Part shown: piece by piece, positions 1-12,785 of the stretch | Numbering within the stretch: position 1 is the stretch's first letter | How the letters are laid out: each line of letters starts with the position of its first letter | NCBI GenBank assembly: GCA_951406725.2 | Contig: OX597825.1 | Span: forward strand, 69,440,001-69,504,000 | Direction of reading: 5' to 3' | Origin: Octopus vulgaris | Taxonomy: Eukaryota | DNA length: 64,000 nucleotides | Position numbers and translations under genes: made by a program | The notes under the pieces: generated by a model | Seen by the model: only the letters and a program-made list of their open reading frames with translations | The model's database searches: none | Told to the model about the DNA's origin: nothing

Positions 1-589
1 AATATATTCAAGTTGCGGAAAATTGATCAAATATTGAATATGTGGTCGAAGATGAAATATGTTCAATATGACAAAAAAAAAAAAATCAAAAATCGGTATA
101 TGTCTTTTCATTTTCAGTAGCATAAAAGCACAAAAAAAAAAAAAACAGATTCAGTCTTGCAACAATCAGAAATTGTATATGTAAATTTGATATATACAAA
201 GGTATTTCTAGGCTCATTTTGAATTCAAGTTACGTAAGATTTTAAAGAAAAATAATGCATAGAATGGAAATTTTATTACGCAAATCATATGATATAAGAA
301 AACTGAGGATAAAACATGTAATTTGTTTGTAATTCGAAAAGAGAAGTTGGAAATGCGGTGATTATTGTATAGAGGTAAACACACACACAGACACACACAC
401 ACACAGACACACAGACACACTCATACACACATACACACACACACATGCAGACACAGAGTTAGATACACGTACATGCATATACATCCATGTGTGTGTGTGT
501 ATGTATACATGTAAGTATGTCTGTGTGTGTATGTGTTTATGCATCTGCTTGTTCTTTCCGCTGCTAGTCTTTTTTCTGAAACTTTAAAC

Positions 590-622
<33 letters not shown>

Positions 623-706
623 ATATATACATATATATATATACACATACATATATACATATATATATACTTATATATATATCTATCTATCTATATATAC
701 ATATAT

Positions 707-761
<55 letters not shown>

Positions 762-790
762 CATATATACATACATACATATATATATAT

Positions 791-822
<32 letters not shown>

Positions 823-891
823 TACTCATGCTTGCATACATCCGCACATGCATACATACAAAGATATATATATATGCGTATACATATATGC

Positions 892-951
<60 letters not shown>

Positions 952-1353
952 GTGCTTGTGTGTGCGCGCGTGTGCGTGAGTATGCGTTTATGTACATAAT
1001 GTAAAGGAAACTGTTTAGAGGAGAGGTGACTATCAGGTAACGGTGATTGACCTGAGTAAAAACGGTGTTAAGTTAAAAATATAACTGTTTTATATTTTTG
1101 AAGGAAATAATATAAAACATAGTTAGGGGCTAAATATTCTCTCAACAGACTGCGAAAGAAAACCATGAATAATGATTGGAATCTATTCTTGTGCAAGCTT
1201 TGACTTGTCTAAATCTATTTTAGTGTTAGATTGTCTACGAAAAGCAAATCATTGTGTTGGTTCAAACTGCTCGAGAAAAGTATGAGTTTTAACAAATGTT
1301 TCTGGATTGGTTACATATTTAGATGTTAATACAATACATATTTGTTAAGTTGC

Positions 1354-1805
1354 AGATTGGTGAATGCAATTGTCGTCCCAGTAGCAACATGTGGATGCGA
1401 GACCTGGACACTAAAGAAAGCTGACCAGAAGAGAATTAATGCATTCGAGCTTTGGTGCTGGAGAAGACTTTTATGGATTCCATGGGCAGCGAGGCTAACC
1501 AATGGAGAAGTTCTTAAGCAGATAAGGCCGAAAATGTCGATAGAAGCTGGGGTCACCAAGCGTAGATTGGCATATTTCGGTCATATCATGCGGAGAGAAT
1601 CCCTGGAGAAGGACATCATGCTCGGAATGGTCAGTGGCAAGAGAGGAAGATGCCGACCAGAACCCGCTGGCTTGACACCATCAGGAGTGATACCGGAATG
1701 GACATGGCCAATCTAAAGGAAGCGGCCCAGGATAGAACTGACTGGAGGACTTTGATCCAACGAGTGACCGAGAGTCGACTTCGACTGAGCGGATAGAGAG
1801 AGAGA
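1354..1805 (+). mobile_element. 5'-truncated RTE (BovB-like) LINE 3' end with a frameshifted RT C-terminus
   Basis: Translates LVNAIVVPVATCGCETWTLKKADQKRINAFELWCWRRLLWIPW...LAYFGHIMRRESLEKDIMLGMVSGKRGR. After a frameshift near 1659 it continues RTRWLDTIRSDTGMDMANLKEAAQDRTDWRTLIQRVTESRLRLSG* (stop 1794-1796), followed by a (GA)n tail. These are hallmark RTE C-terminal motifs. Confidence 0.93.
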
Positions 1806-2384
1806 TTAGCTCAATTGATGGAATGAATGAGAATGTAGCTCATCGTCGCGATAGGTGGCGATCCATTTTCGTGACATAATCCTGGCACCCATTCTAAAAG
1901 CTTTACATTTTAAAACTAGAATTGTACACGTACTTGGTTGTTTAGCATTTGTTATAACATCATAGTTTTGTCTCTTGCCTTCTCCTTGTGGCAAACAAAG
2001 CATTGCGGTCATGGTAGAGCACCAAATAACAGGGTTTTGGAAAAATAAATCGACCCCAGTACTTTGTTATAAAGTCTGATATCTATTCTTAGCCGAGCTG
2101 TTAAGATGCGAGAAGTAAACAAACCAGCATCGACTATCTCTTTCTCTCCCACTCACGCCCTCTCTTCCGTTCCGTCTTTATATATATTTACTCTATTTTT
2201 ACTCTTTTACTTGTTTCAGTCATTTGATTATGGCCATGCTGGAGCACCGCCTTTAGTCGATCGAGTAAATCGCCCCCAGAATTTATTCTTTATAAGCCTC
2301 TTTTACCGAACCGCTAAGTTGCGGGGGACGTAAATACAGACACACAAACATATACACACATACATACATACATACATACATACA

Positions 2385-2416
<32 letters not shown>

Positions 2417-2422
2417 CATATA

Positions 2423-2454
<32 letters not shown>

Positions 2455-2704
2455 CATATATATATATGTATATGTATGTACAATATTTTATAATTACGAT
2501 TATAATTAGGGTTCAGCAAAGATTTGCTTTACCACTACCGAACTTTAGAAATAGCACCCAAAGAACCTTAGCTATTTCATCTACTATAAGAAGAGACTAT
2601 GTATATATATATATATACATGAAGGTTTTCTAAGCAGTTTCCGTCTACCAAATTCTTTTCCAATTCCTTGGCACGTCCGGGATGACAGCATAAGATAATA
2701 GGCT

Positions 2705-3314
2705 AAGGCGGCGAGCTGGCAGAAACATTAGCACGCCGGGCGAAATGCTTACCCGTAGTTCGTCTGCCGTTAAGTTTTGAGTTCAATTTCTGTCGAGGTC
2801 GACTTTGCCTTTCATCCTTTCGGGGTCGATTAAATAAGTACCAGTTACGCACTGGGGTCGATATAATCGGCTTAATCCGTTTGTCTGTCCTTGTTTGTCC
2901 TCTCTGTGTTTAGCCCCTTGTGGGTAGTAAAGAAATAGAAATAGGTATTTCGTCTGTCTTTACGTTCTGAGTTCAAATTCCACCGAGGTCGACTTTGCCT
3001 TTCATCCTTTCGAGGTTGAGTAAATCAGTACCAGTTACGCACTGGGGTCGATATAATCGACTTAATCCGTTTGTCTGTCCTTGTTTGTCCCCTCTGTGTT
3101 TAGCCCCTTGTGGGTAGTAAAGAAATAAGTATTTCGTCTGCCGTTACGTTCTGAGTTCAAATTCTGCCGAGGTCGACTTTGCCTTTTATCCTTCCGGGGT
3201 GGAAAAATTAAGTACCAGTTACGCACTGGGGTCGAGGTAATCGACGTAATCTCCTTGACCGTCCTTGTTCGTCCCCCTCTATGTTTAGCTCCTTGCGGGC
3301 AATAAAGAAATAAG
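2705..3314 (+). mobile_element. SINE family A, trimeric copy (tRNA-like head plus three ~184-bp body units)
   Basis: Head aaggcggcgagctggcagaa with an A-box-like motif and a B-box-like GAGTTCAA. Body units restart at gtatttcgtc (2945, 3129). Confidence 0.92.
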
Positions 3315-3796
3315 GATATAATAGCTAAAGTTCCGAGCAGTATAACTGATCTTGAAACCATTCGGTTATCAAACGAGTCTCTTAACCACTCATCCATTCC
3401 TATAAAGTCTATTCATAAGCTGAGAGTTATGAACGTGTAAATCAAGACGAATCCTTGCAGCGGTTTGCTAAAATTAGATAAAAACCAATGTTGATTTAGC
3501 CTGTAATAAGCTGAACTTCGTAGACGGATGTATCATGTTATTGCAATCGCGATAATGGACATCCAGATATGTATTTATTTAAAGAAACTAAAAAGGAATA
3601 ATGAATATGTGTCATATCGTAAGTAAAATTGAAAAGGTTATTACCATTTCCTAATAGGGTCAGAGGATCAATAACCTTGGTCAGTATGCTTGTCAAAGCA
3701 CTATTGATTCGTTGTAATGATTAAAGTAGCTGGAAAACATGTATACATATATGTGTGTGCACATATATACATATGTATATATATATGTGTGTATGA

Positions 3797-3865
<69 letters not shown>

Positions 3866-3872
3866 GATAGAT

Positions 3873-3929
<57 letters not shown>

Positions 3930-4146
3930 TAGATAGATAGATATAGACGTGGGAAAAATAATGTGTATAGAAAATTTGATAAGGAAATGTTTCCAGTTTT
4001 AAGGATTCCTACATTGTTTGTGTTCCGCAGTTCATTGGTTTATATATTGGGGAATAAATATTGCCGATATGGAGAAATATGTAGTATCAGTTGATGGAAC
4101 CCTCTCATTGGCTGTCTGTGTATCATCATACACAATTAATCTCTAC

Positions 4147-4207
<61 letters not shown>

Positions 4208-4291
4208 GCAATAAAGATTCAAGTTAATTTAAATGAATTTACTTGAATATGGTACCTAACTTATATATATATATATAATGTGGGTGATTAT

Positions 4292-4569
4292 AGAATGAAG
4301 CAACAAGAATGGATAGGTTTTTAGTACAATCGTTTCATACAAGTTGCAAAAAAGGATGAAAGGCAAAGTCGACCTCGGCGGAATTTGAACTCAGAACGCA
4401 GCGGCGGACGAAATACTGCAAAGCATTTCGCCCGGCGTGCTAACGATTCTGCCAGCTCGCCGCCTTTTGTATATATCATTAACCATTTACATTTTGCAAC
4501 TTTTAATAAAACCTGTCCTTGTATGAAACGATTGTACTAAAAACCTATCCATTCTTGTTGCTTCATTCT
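4292..4569. repeat. Perfect 52-bp inverted repeat enclosing an inverted SINE-A fragment
   Basis: 4292-4343 is the exact reverse complement of 4518-4569. The right arm contains GAAA-CGATTG-TA, a hammerhead stem-III-like remnant. Confidence 0.9.
4351..4492 (-). repeat. Inverted exact duplicate of 5787-5928 (SINE-A head plus its unique flank)
   Basis: 142-bp reverse-complement identity, including copy-specific SINE variants and 24 bp of non-SINE flank. Confidence 0.9.
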
Positions 4570-4600
4570 CGCGTATATATATATATATATATATATACAT

Positions 4601-4657
<57 letters not shown>

Positions 4658-4662
<5 letters not shown>

Positions 4663-5115
4663 AAAGTCAAAATGCGATAAAATAAAATTAATTATTATCG
4701 CCGGTGTTCTAGCACAGGCCATATGTTATTCATATATAAGTACATTAAAAGGCGAAGTATGTACTAGATACACAGAAGCTTGATAAATTTAGTGAAATGA
4801 AAATAAAAACTTTTACTAACTCGGTTCATCTTATACTGCAGTTTCTTTTTTTTCATCAATAAAAATAATTTATTTACTCAGGGAGACTCGTCAGTAAGAG
4901 CCCTGTTATTCTGAAATCGCACCTCAATAGAAGCATGTGCGTCTACTAATTTGCTCTTTCTGACTAATCAGATCACTGCGCAGACGCAGAACGTACCCGA
5001 CAAACTAGGGGTTTCTGGTATATAGTCTAACGCTCAAAATTTATCGAGAAATATGTAAACAAAGTCAAAATGCGATAAAATAAAATTAATTATTATCGCC
5101 GGTGTTCTAGCACAG

Positions 5116-5122
<7 letters not shown>
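4658..5122 (-). mobile_element. Small non-coding element in (TA)n with ~67-bp direct terminal repeats and a hammerhead-like motif (Penelope-like/retrozyme candidate)
   Basis: 4658-4724 repeats at 5056-5122 (period 398). Both flanks are (TA)n. Hammerhead motif at 4829-4899. Confidence 0.7.
4829..4899 (-). ncRNA. Type-I hammerhead-ribozyme-like motif (base of stem II decayed)
   Basis: Minus strand reads TCTTA-CTGACGA-[gtctc...AT-rich hairpin...]-GAAA-CTGCAG-TA-TAAGA. Stem I TCTTA/TAAGA, canonical CUGANGA and GAAA, palindromic stem III ACTGCAGT, GUA triplet. Confidence 0.7.
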
Positions 5123-5206
<84 letters not shown>

Positions 5207-5810
5207 GCTGGCAGAACCAGTAGCACATTAGCACATTGTACAAAATGCTTGCTTAGCAGCTTTACTTGCCACATTCTGAGCTCAAATACCCATCAGTTCG
5301 ACTTTGTCTTTAATTCTTGATAACATGTGTATAATCTTCCGGTAGATAAAATGAGTATAACTATCAATTGAATAGTTGGAGCAATGTAAACAACTTTTGC
5401 GTCCCATCAGAATTACTGGTCATTTGTCAAAATTCCAAAATTATTCAATGAGCTCTCTGCAATGAAGGAGAACAAGGATCGAGGTTCTTAATTTCGTTTC
5501 TTATTTCTCGTTCCATTCTTTGTATCAACCTTCTACACTTTTCTTCAGTGTCTCTTTTTTTTTGGTTATTTCCCTACTGTCCAGCGTCCTGCATGATTGT
5601 TTTAAGAAACATAGCGTACTTTATAAATGTGCCTGTTCAAGTACCATAATAAGATGAAAATATTAGGAGCTCTTTTGATTGTGTATTTAATTTGACACAC
5701 ACGCATACACACAGACACATACATGTATGTGTGCCTGTGTGTGTGTGTAGATAAAATTGCCAGTGTGGAAAATTTGCCAATGTGATATGTAAATGGTTAA
5801 TGATATATAC

Positions 5811-6045
5811 AAAAGGCGGCGAGCTGGCAGAATCGTTAGCACGCCGGGCGAAATGCTTTGCAGTATTTCGTCCGCCGCTGCGTTCTGAGTTCAAATTCCG
5901 CCGAGGTCGACTTTGCCTTTCATCCTTTCGGGGTCGATAAATTAAGTACCAGTTACGCACTGGGGTCGATGTCACCGACTTAATCGGTTTTTCTGTCCTT
6001 GTTTGTCCCCTCTATGTTTAGCCCCTTGTGGGTAATAAAGAAATA
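5811..6045 (+). mobile_element. SINE family A monomer with 16-bp TSD
   Basis: Full head-to-tail copy. TSD ggttaatgatatatac at 5795-5810 and 6046-6061. Confidence 0.95.
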
Positions 6046-6495
6046 GGTTAATGATATATACTCCAAATTACACTACAGCGATCCTTAAGTAGAGAAGTAG
6101 ATTCCACTTAGTAGCGCTGGGAGTCGTCAATTTAAAAAAAAAAAAAAACTCTCTGTCCTACTGGCAACACGTTAGGCGACAGTCGTTTATGGGGATTTAT
6201 CATTTTTATTAGAAATAAAATAGTTAAACCAGGCAGAATTTATAGACTTGGTTAGCATTGGAATTTCAAGAAAACATTCTGTTATCAGCAGCATGAGACG
6301 TTACTTAGGATAAATCATTGAGCGTGTAACCCCTGGACCTGTTTCGTTTCGGCGTCCTCTGAAATATATTGCGTGTTTTAGCACAATAAATCAATAAAAG
6401 GATTTCTCCCCCGACGGTAATCTCAACGTCTGCTGTTTCAAATGCACATACACATTAGGTATATTACACACACACATACACACACATACACACAC

Positions 6496-6565
<70 letters not shown>

Positions 6566-7362
6566 TTATTTTATCTCTATCTAAACTCTTATAATATGTT
6601 GGCCAAATGAGGCTTTCAAACATTATAGTGAAAATTATGTTGAAAATATCTGGTTCATTCCTAATTGTTACATCCAAATAGTTCAAAAAGAAAACAACTC
6701 GAACAGAAGTAAGTTCATTTTATCTCGAAAATCACAAATACACCTAAAATAAATTACAAATAATCATGGAATAAACCCAAAATAAGCTGTAATCATGTAT
6801 TTCCGAAATATTTTTTAGGACAATTTTGTTTTCATTCAAAATACTGCATTCGTTTATACAATGAATCTAACTGGATTACTTTTGTGATCAATATGTTTAA
6901 AAAAAAATATGTGTATATTGGTACGGTGTTTTCGAGTAAACAATGAAACATTGAAGTTATTTCGTGTCTGGACGGAAAGAAAATATATTGCACCCAAAAA
7001 ATTCGTGTAGTTTGTAAATCGTTGTCTAAAAATTGTGCTTTTATGCAAAATTTCATATACTTAGATGGAAAATTGGAGCACAAAACATGGGACTGACATA
7101 CATACATAAATACGTATGTTAATCATATATATATATATATATATATGCGAGTGTGTGAATGTTTGTGTCTGTGTTTCATTATTATGTAAATGTGCATATG
7201 TGTACTGACACGCATACATACACACACACATAATTACATATATATAAATGTATATATGCGTTCCAGTGAAACCATCTAGAGCAAGAAACTATTTATTCAT
7301 CAGTCAAGCCATCTACCAATCGATGAATCAAACAATCAGTCAGTCAGTCAGTCAGTCAGTCA

Positions 7363-7457
<95 letters not shown>

Positions 7458-8048
7458 CGTCTCTGTCTCTCTGTACTGACTCCTACCCCTCTCTGTAAAT
7501 GTGCATGAATTTCTGTATGAATGTACGCATACATATATTACATATACATATACATAAATACATATATTTACTTCTGAGTGCATGAGTGTATGTGATTTTA
7601 TATATGTGGCTATCGACCTTTCTATCTACTGCTCTCATTCTCTTTATATTTACATACACGCACGCATGTACGCGAGTGGTTATCTATATGTGTGTGTTCG
7701 TGTACATATATATATATATATATATAAATATATATATATGTCTGTGTGTTTGAGTGTAATAATTTACGGGTGAAATGATCACAACATTAGCTACCGACAT
7801 ATTGCTTAGTTTGGCTCTAACAAATATAATGAGTTTTCATATATATAAAACCCACCAGACGCTACAATGAAAACTACCAATATACAAATAACTATAATGG
7901 CCAAACACAAACAGATGTCTTATTTTAGTTTGGATGACATATTAACCGTTATATTAATATAGTTATCTCGTCTGACTTTTATCCTTACATACTGTTATAT
8001 AAATTCTCTTTCTCGGCTCTCAAATGCATTACTCTCTCTCAATCCCCC

Positions 8049-8079
<31 letters not shown>

Positions 8080-8342
8080 TATATACACATACACACACAC
8101 ATATGCATTGGTCCTGAATAAATATTTTGAACAATGCAACGGAAGCACGGTCTAATGCTCTGTAGAATTCTTGAGCGCCAATATACCATTATAACTTCCA
8201 GACGTAATCAACATTTGGGATTCCATTGCAGTTTTCTGCGCCTCACCTCATTTGGGACTTATACATATAACTACATACATACACACATATATACATAATA
8301 CATACATACACACTCACACACGCATACACATACACAGACACG

Positions 8343-8386
<44 letters not shown>

Positions 8387-8394
8387 CTCTATGC

Positions 8395-8590
8395 TCTCTC
8401 TTTACTCTTTTACTTGTTTCAGTCATTTGACTGCGGCCATGCTGGAGCACCGCTTTTAGTCGAGCAAATCGACCCAGAACTTATTCTTTGTAACCATAGT
8501 ACTTATTCTATCGGTCTCTTTTGCCGAACCGCTAAGTTACGGGGGCGTAAACACACCAGCATCGGTTGTCAAGCGACGTTGGGGGGACAA
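8395..8590 (-). mobile_element. SINE family B 3' fragment
   Basis: Reverse complement of the 57270-57486 tail (ccagcatggccgcagtcaaatgactgaaacaagtaaaagag). Similar decayed pieces lie near 2190-2345, 13700-13830, 16560-16720, 17260-17480, 24260-24625, 30260-30545, 33113-33260, 36823-37210, 48230-48375 and 61440-61660. Confidence 0.85.
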
Positions 8591-8683
8591 CGGGTATTGA
8601 AGGAGCAATATAATGTCTTTTGTATATTAGGTTTACGTAGCTGTAAACTTTTGACGGTGTATATTCACATATTGAAAAAGAGT

Positions 8684-9005
8684 AAGGCTGAGGGTGAAGA
8701 CCCCCTTCGGTCATGAATGACCATTAGATTGCATCTAACAAATTCCCCTCCGATGCACAAACCCTGGAAAGGTTATCTATAAAGGACCAGCAGTCGCAGA
8801 TGTGTATCAGCCTCCCGCTCCATGCCAACGATGTTATCCAAGGGAAAAGCAAACGCTGATACAGCTTGGTACCAGTGACGTGGCTACTCATTTCTACAAC
8901 TGTGAAGTGTCTTGCTCAAGAACATAACACACAACCCGGTCCGGAAATCGAACTCACTACCTCATGATTGTGAGTCCGAAGCTCTAACCAACGAGCCATG
9001 CTCCC
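8684..9005 (-). mobile_element. tRNA-headed CORE-type SINE (family E)
   Basis: Minus strand begins ggagcatggctcgttggttagagc (A-box), then gagttcgattt (B-box), then gttcttgagcaagacactt (CORE-like). Confidence 0.75.
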
Positions 9006-9422
9006 TATAAACAACTATTGCTACACTAATATACATAAGACGAAGTTATTGGTCATTATTTCCTAAGCTAACTTATGTCTGGTTATCTGTCGCGGAAATA
9101 CGTAATTTTAATGTACATATGAACCATTATTCATACATAGGTCTCCCACAATATGTGCCAGAAAAATATCGAAAGTAATGTATATAATTTACAAGATATA
9201 CATCATGAAAAAATGTGGCTAAGAAATAAGCATTCAGTGGTAAAGTGTTTATTTTCTATATATTTTCCGTTTTGACATCAATTACGTAGATTTGGTCTAA
9301 GTTCCAGCAGTGGATATTTAGGATATGATGTAGTGAACAAATCTAAAAACATAGCCACTAAGTGCCAATTATTCACGTGTCTCTCTATATATATATGCCT
9401 TCATATGTATATATATATATTA

Positions 9423-9476
<54 letters not shown>

Positions 9477-9503
9477 CACACAGTCACTCATATATATAAT
9501 GTT

Positions 9504-9541
<38 letters not shown>

Positions 9542-9617
9542 AATCTATCTAACTATATATATATATATATATAGATGCATATGTGTCTGACCATGTGTTT
9601 GTCTGGCTGTCTGGCTG

Positions 9618-9679
<62 letters not shown>

Positions 9680-9743
9680 GATCTACCATCTTATTTCTTC
9701 ATCTCTCTCTCTTTCTCTGGCTCTGTCACTCTCTCTCTCTCTT

Positions 9744-9774
<31 letters not shown>

Positions 9775-10354
9775 ATATATATATATATGTGTATATATTT
9801 TTACCCATTCATAGTATAGACATAAAAGCATGCATAGACACAGATGCAGGCGTGTAAAGTGCAAAACAAAATCAAGTAACTTTTACTCGATATTGTGGAG
9901 ATAAAAAAGTAACTTTTCTTGAAGTTGAAAAACTTCACAAACCGCTATTCTGATTCTCACATAACTCTTCACAAGATAATGTGAAAATAGACAAAGCGAA
10001 GACACTACACAAAACACAGGAAATCTTGAGTCACAAAAATTCCATATTTACTCACATATACACACATAAATATAACTATTTTAGAATTAAGTTAAAATAT
10101 TCCTCAAACATGCCTGAGATGGCCCCTGAATTTGTATATATATATATATATATATATATATTAATATGTAAAGGCAAGGATCCAAGGATCTAAGTCTAGG
10201 TTGTTAGTAAGCTTCGAAAAGTCCTTAGAAGATATGAAAAACAAATTTCAGGAACAATAGTGTTTTATTAACGTAGAAGGTTGTAAATTGTTCCAAATCA
10301 AAGTTCCATAAGTTGAAAAATGGCGACAATGTAACCTTAATTTGAATAAGATAT

Positions 10355-10446
10355 TTATAGCCTGGTGAGTAGCTAGCGGAGTATCCCTCATTTGGGTAAT
10401 TACTATTTCTGCGGTTCCGCTGGCTAGGAAGCATATGTAGCCTAGA
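10355..10446 (+). ncRNA. Degenerate type-I hammerhead-like motif
   Basis: CTGGTGA (10362-10368), 11-bp stem II tagctagcgga/tccgctggcta, then GAAG-CATATG-TA-gcctaga. Two core positions are mutated. A weak inverted copy of the 3' part lies near 10190-10215. Confidence 0.5.
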
Positions 10447-10453
10447 TTTTACC

Positions 10454-10544
<91 letters not shown>

Positions 10545-10641
10545 ATCCAAACATGAAAACACAAAGAGAAAACACAACATCGCGAGGACGTGGAACAAAT
10601 ATAGTATTATTGGACGCTCAGGAAGGAAGGGAAGAAGGGGG

Positions 10642-10676
10642 GTTTAACATTTCGAGCGGAACTTTTCGTCAGAAGC
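10642..10676 (-). ncRNA. Minimal type-I hammerhead-like motif within a ~190-bp element (10541-10733) inserted in (TA)n
   Basis: Minus strand reads gctt-CTGACGA-A-aagt-tcc-gctc-GAAA-tg-TT-aaac, followed by cctgagcgtccaataatac, a motif shared with the 15675 family. Confidence 0.6.
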
Positions 10677-10733
10677 ATAGGAAAAGGAAAGATCCAGTGA
10701 AGGTAAGACGGAGGAAAAAAAAATCGCCAACGG

Positions 10734-10800
<67 letters not shown>

Positions 10801-11493
10801 GCATGCATACCTGTGTATGTGTGTGCGTGCGTCTATTCGCGATACATCAGATTTTCGTGGTCATTTGTTGTATGAATTTGGCGAATACGTATAACTCATG
10901 AAATACAACCCGTATTGGAAAAGAAATTGATACAAATAAACTTGAGAATCCTTTAAGCATGCCTATTTAAAGTATTCAGCATTAACGTCAACGGCTGCTT
11001 CAATACGGGATCGCAAGTATTGATATGCCCTAGTCAGATGATCTTTTCCGATTTAGTATATATTGTCAGTCATAGTGGACTGCATAGTGTTATGGTAATG
11101 TTGATTCACTTTTCCCTGGGCTATGTTAAAAATAACATGCGAAAGATAATTCTGATGTCATTAAATAAGCATTTCTCAGTAAACCACAAATACAGGAATA
11201 TTTTTTATAGATAAAACTTCGTACAGCTGCTAAATCGTTATTTAATGACATCAGAAATTTCTTTCCTATGTTATTTTTAACTTTTAAGAAGTAATTGGGG
11301 GAGAACCTCATTGTTTCCCTATTTCTAGGCTTTATATTTTTAACTGAAGGGTTATGTGATATGTTATCTTTGAAGCCACCATTAGCTAGACCTTTGTTAT
11401 AGGAGGGAACTGTTTTATTAAAAATGTCCTTTGAAGAGGATTTGTTAGATCTCTATGTGCTGATGTTGGTTATTTGGTTTTTAACACTGTATT

Positions 11494-11716
11494 GTAATAC
11501 TTCATGTAAAGTAAATATAACAAATGGAAAATCCTTCTAGAATCAACAAAAATTCTCAATTCACTACCAAAATTTCAAATTTCATTATCTATTTCTTGTG
11601 TCATTACCAATATTTCCTGCAAGTTTCATTGAATACCGTTCGCAACATTTTGAGTTATTTTGCATACAGACGGACAAACCAGCACCAATGAAAACATAAC
11701 CTCCTTCCTTGGCGGT
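11494..11716 (-). mobile_element. Interspersed repeat, HINE/Helentron-like; second copy at 16155-16385 (+)
   Basis: The two copies align in opposite orientation. The end ttattacctcc(a/g)ccaaggaaggaggttatg forms a terminal hairpin resembling Helentron-associated elements. Confidence 0.55.
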
Positions 11717-12482
11717 TCGAGTAAAAGGCAATGCTCCAGTATGGCTGCAGTCAAACGAATGATGGTGGTGACAGGTCTGCTTATATATACGTGTGAGATC
11801 CTCGTTTGGGTTATGGTAAAGTTATAAGAGCGTATGTTTAAGTCTAGGGAACTACCTAAGAATCAACTTTAGACAAATAAGCAGATACAGTAATGTTGAG
11901 GTTTAATAGGCTGAGGGTTTATATGAAATTTTTCGCAAATTTATCTTGTGTATGTTCACCAAAACGCAAAATATATGCTCGTGGGTTGAGACCATAAATC
12001 TCACAGTATCTAATATATAAAGACCTAAAAAGTCACAGATGTTTGCACAATTATACGATTCCCTCAATTCATCAAACAATTGTTTAACCCATGCCATGCA
12101 GAGCCCTTTCTGAATAGAAGGATGTTTCGTGTATGTATGATAAAGTCCAGGTCAATGTCGTTAGTAATAACATATCATTTTACGAACTCAATCATCGTAT
12201 CTGGAAACTATCAAGGTATCGAGAAATAAAAATATACAATGTCAAAATGTGTAAATCACGCTCAATTCTCATCTTTTAAATTCCTAAGCCTTTTCATGGC
12301 AGTGTTGCCATCTGGCCATTGTTGTAGTTTAGTAACCTCTCTTATTCTGATATTAATATTTCTTAGTATTTTGTTTTAGCTACGAAACTCATTTCAGTTG
12401 GTATTGTGGTTAAAATCTTACAAATGCATTTATTACGGAAATATATATTTTAATTTTTCTAAATTTAATTGTTTAATTTTTA

Positions 12483-12518
12483 CAGTTGAAAAAGTCTCAA
12501 TGACTGAAACCGGTACTG
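12483..12518 (+). ncRNA. Degenerate minimal hammerhead-like motif
   Basis: cag-TTGAAAA-agtc-tcaat-gact-GAAA-CCGG-TA-ctg. Stems I and II are intact, stem III is the palindrome ACCGGT, and the core differs from CTGAAGA at two positions. Confidence 0.5.
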
Positions 12519-12562
12519 AAATGTTTTTTATAAAGTTATTTTAGCATTTTCTATCTTGACTT

Positions 12563-12619
<57 letters not shown>

Positions 12620-12749
12620 TCTTGTATATATATGTATACAAGAGTAACAACAGTAAGTCATAAATGCGAAACAAGGTGGAAAAATAGTACTCGAATATCA
12701 CAGGTAGAGTAAAAAGGTTTATTATAATTTATTAGAATCTATACAAAAG

Positions 12750-12785
12750 TGTCCGACGAGCAGGAACCTGAAACTCTGAGTAGCA
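12750..12785 (+). ncRNA. Hammerhead-like motif with CCGACGA core
   Basis: tgt-CCGACGA-gcaggaacct-GAAA-CTCTGAG-TA-gca. Stem III is the near-palindrome ACTC(T)GAGT. The host element lies between (TA)n and (TG)n. Confidence 0.5.

Noticed and set aside
527-1004. Numerous YI/IY, CV, HT, LSIY, poly-F/S/L/N ORFs here and throughout (e.g. 34476-35324, 43110-43692, 53843-54626)
   Set aside because: They are translations of stop-free microsatellites and show no protein signal.
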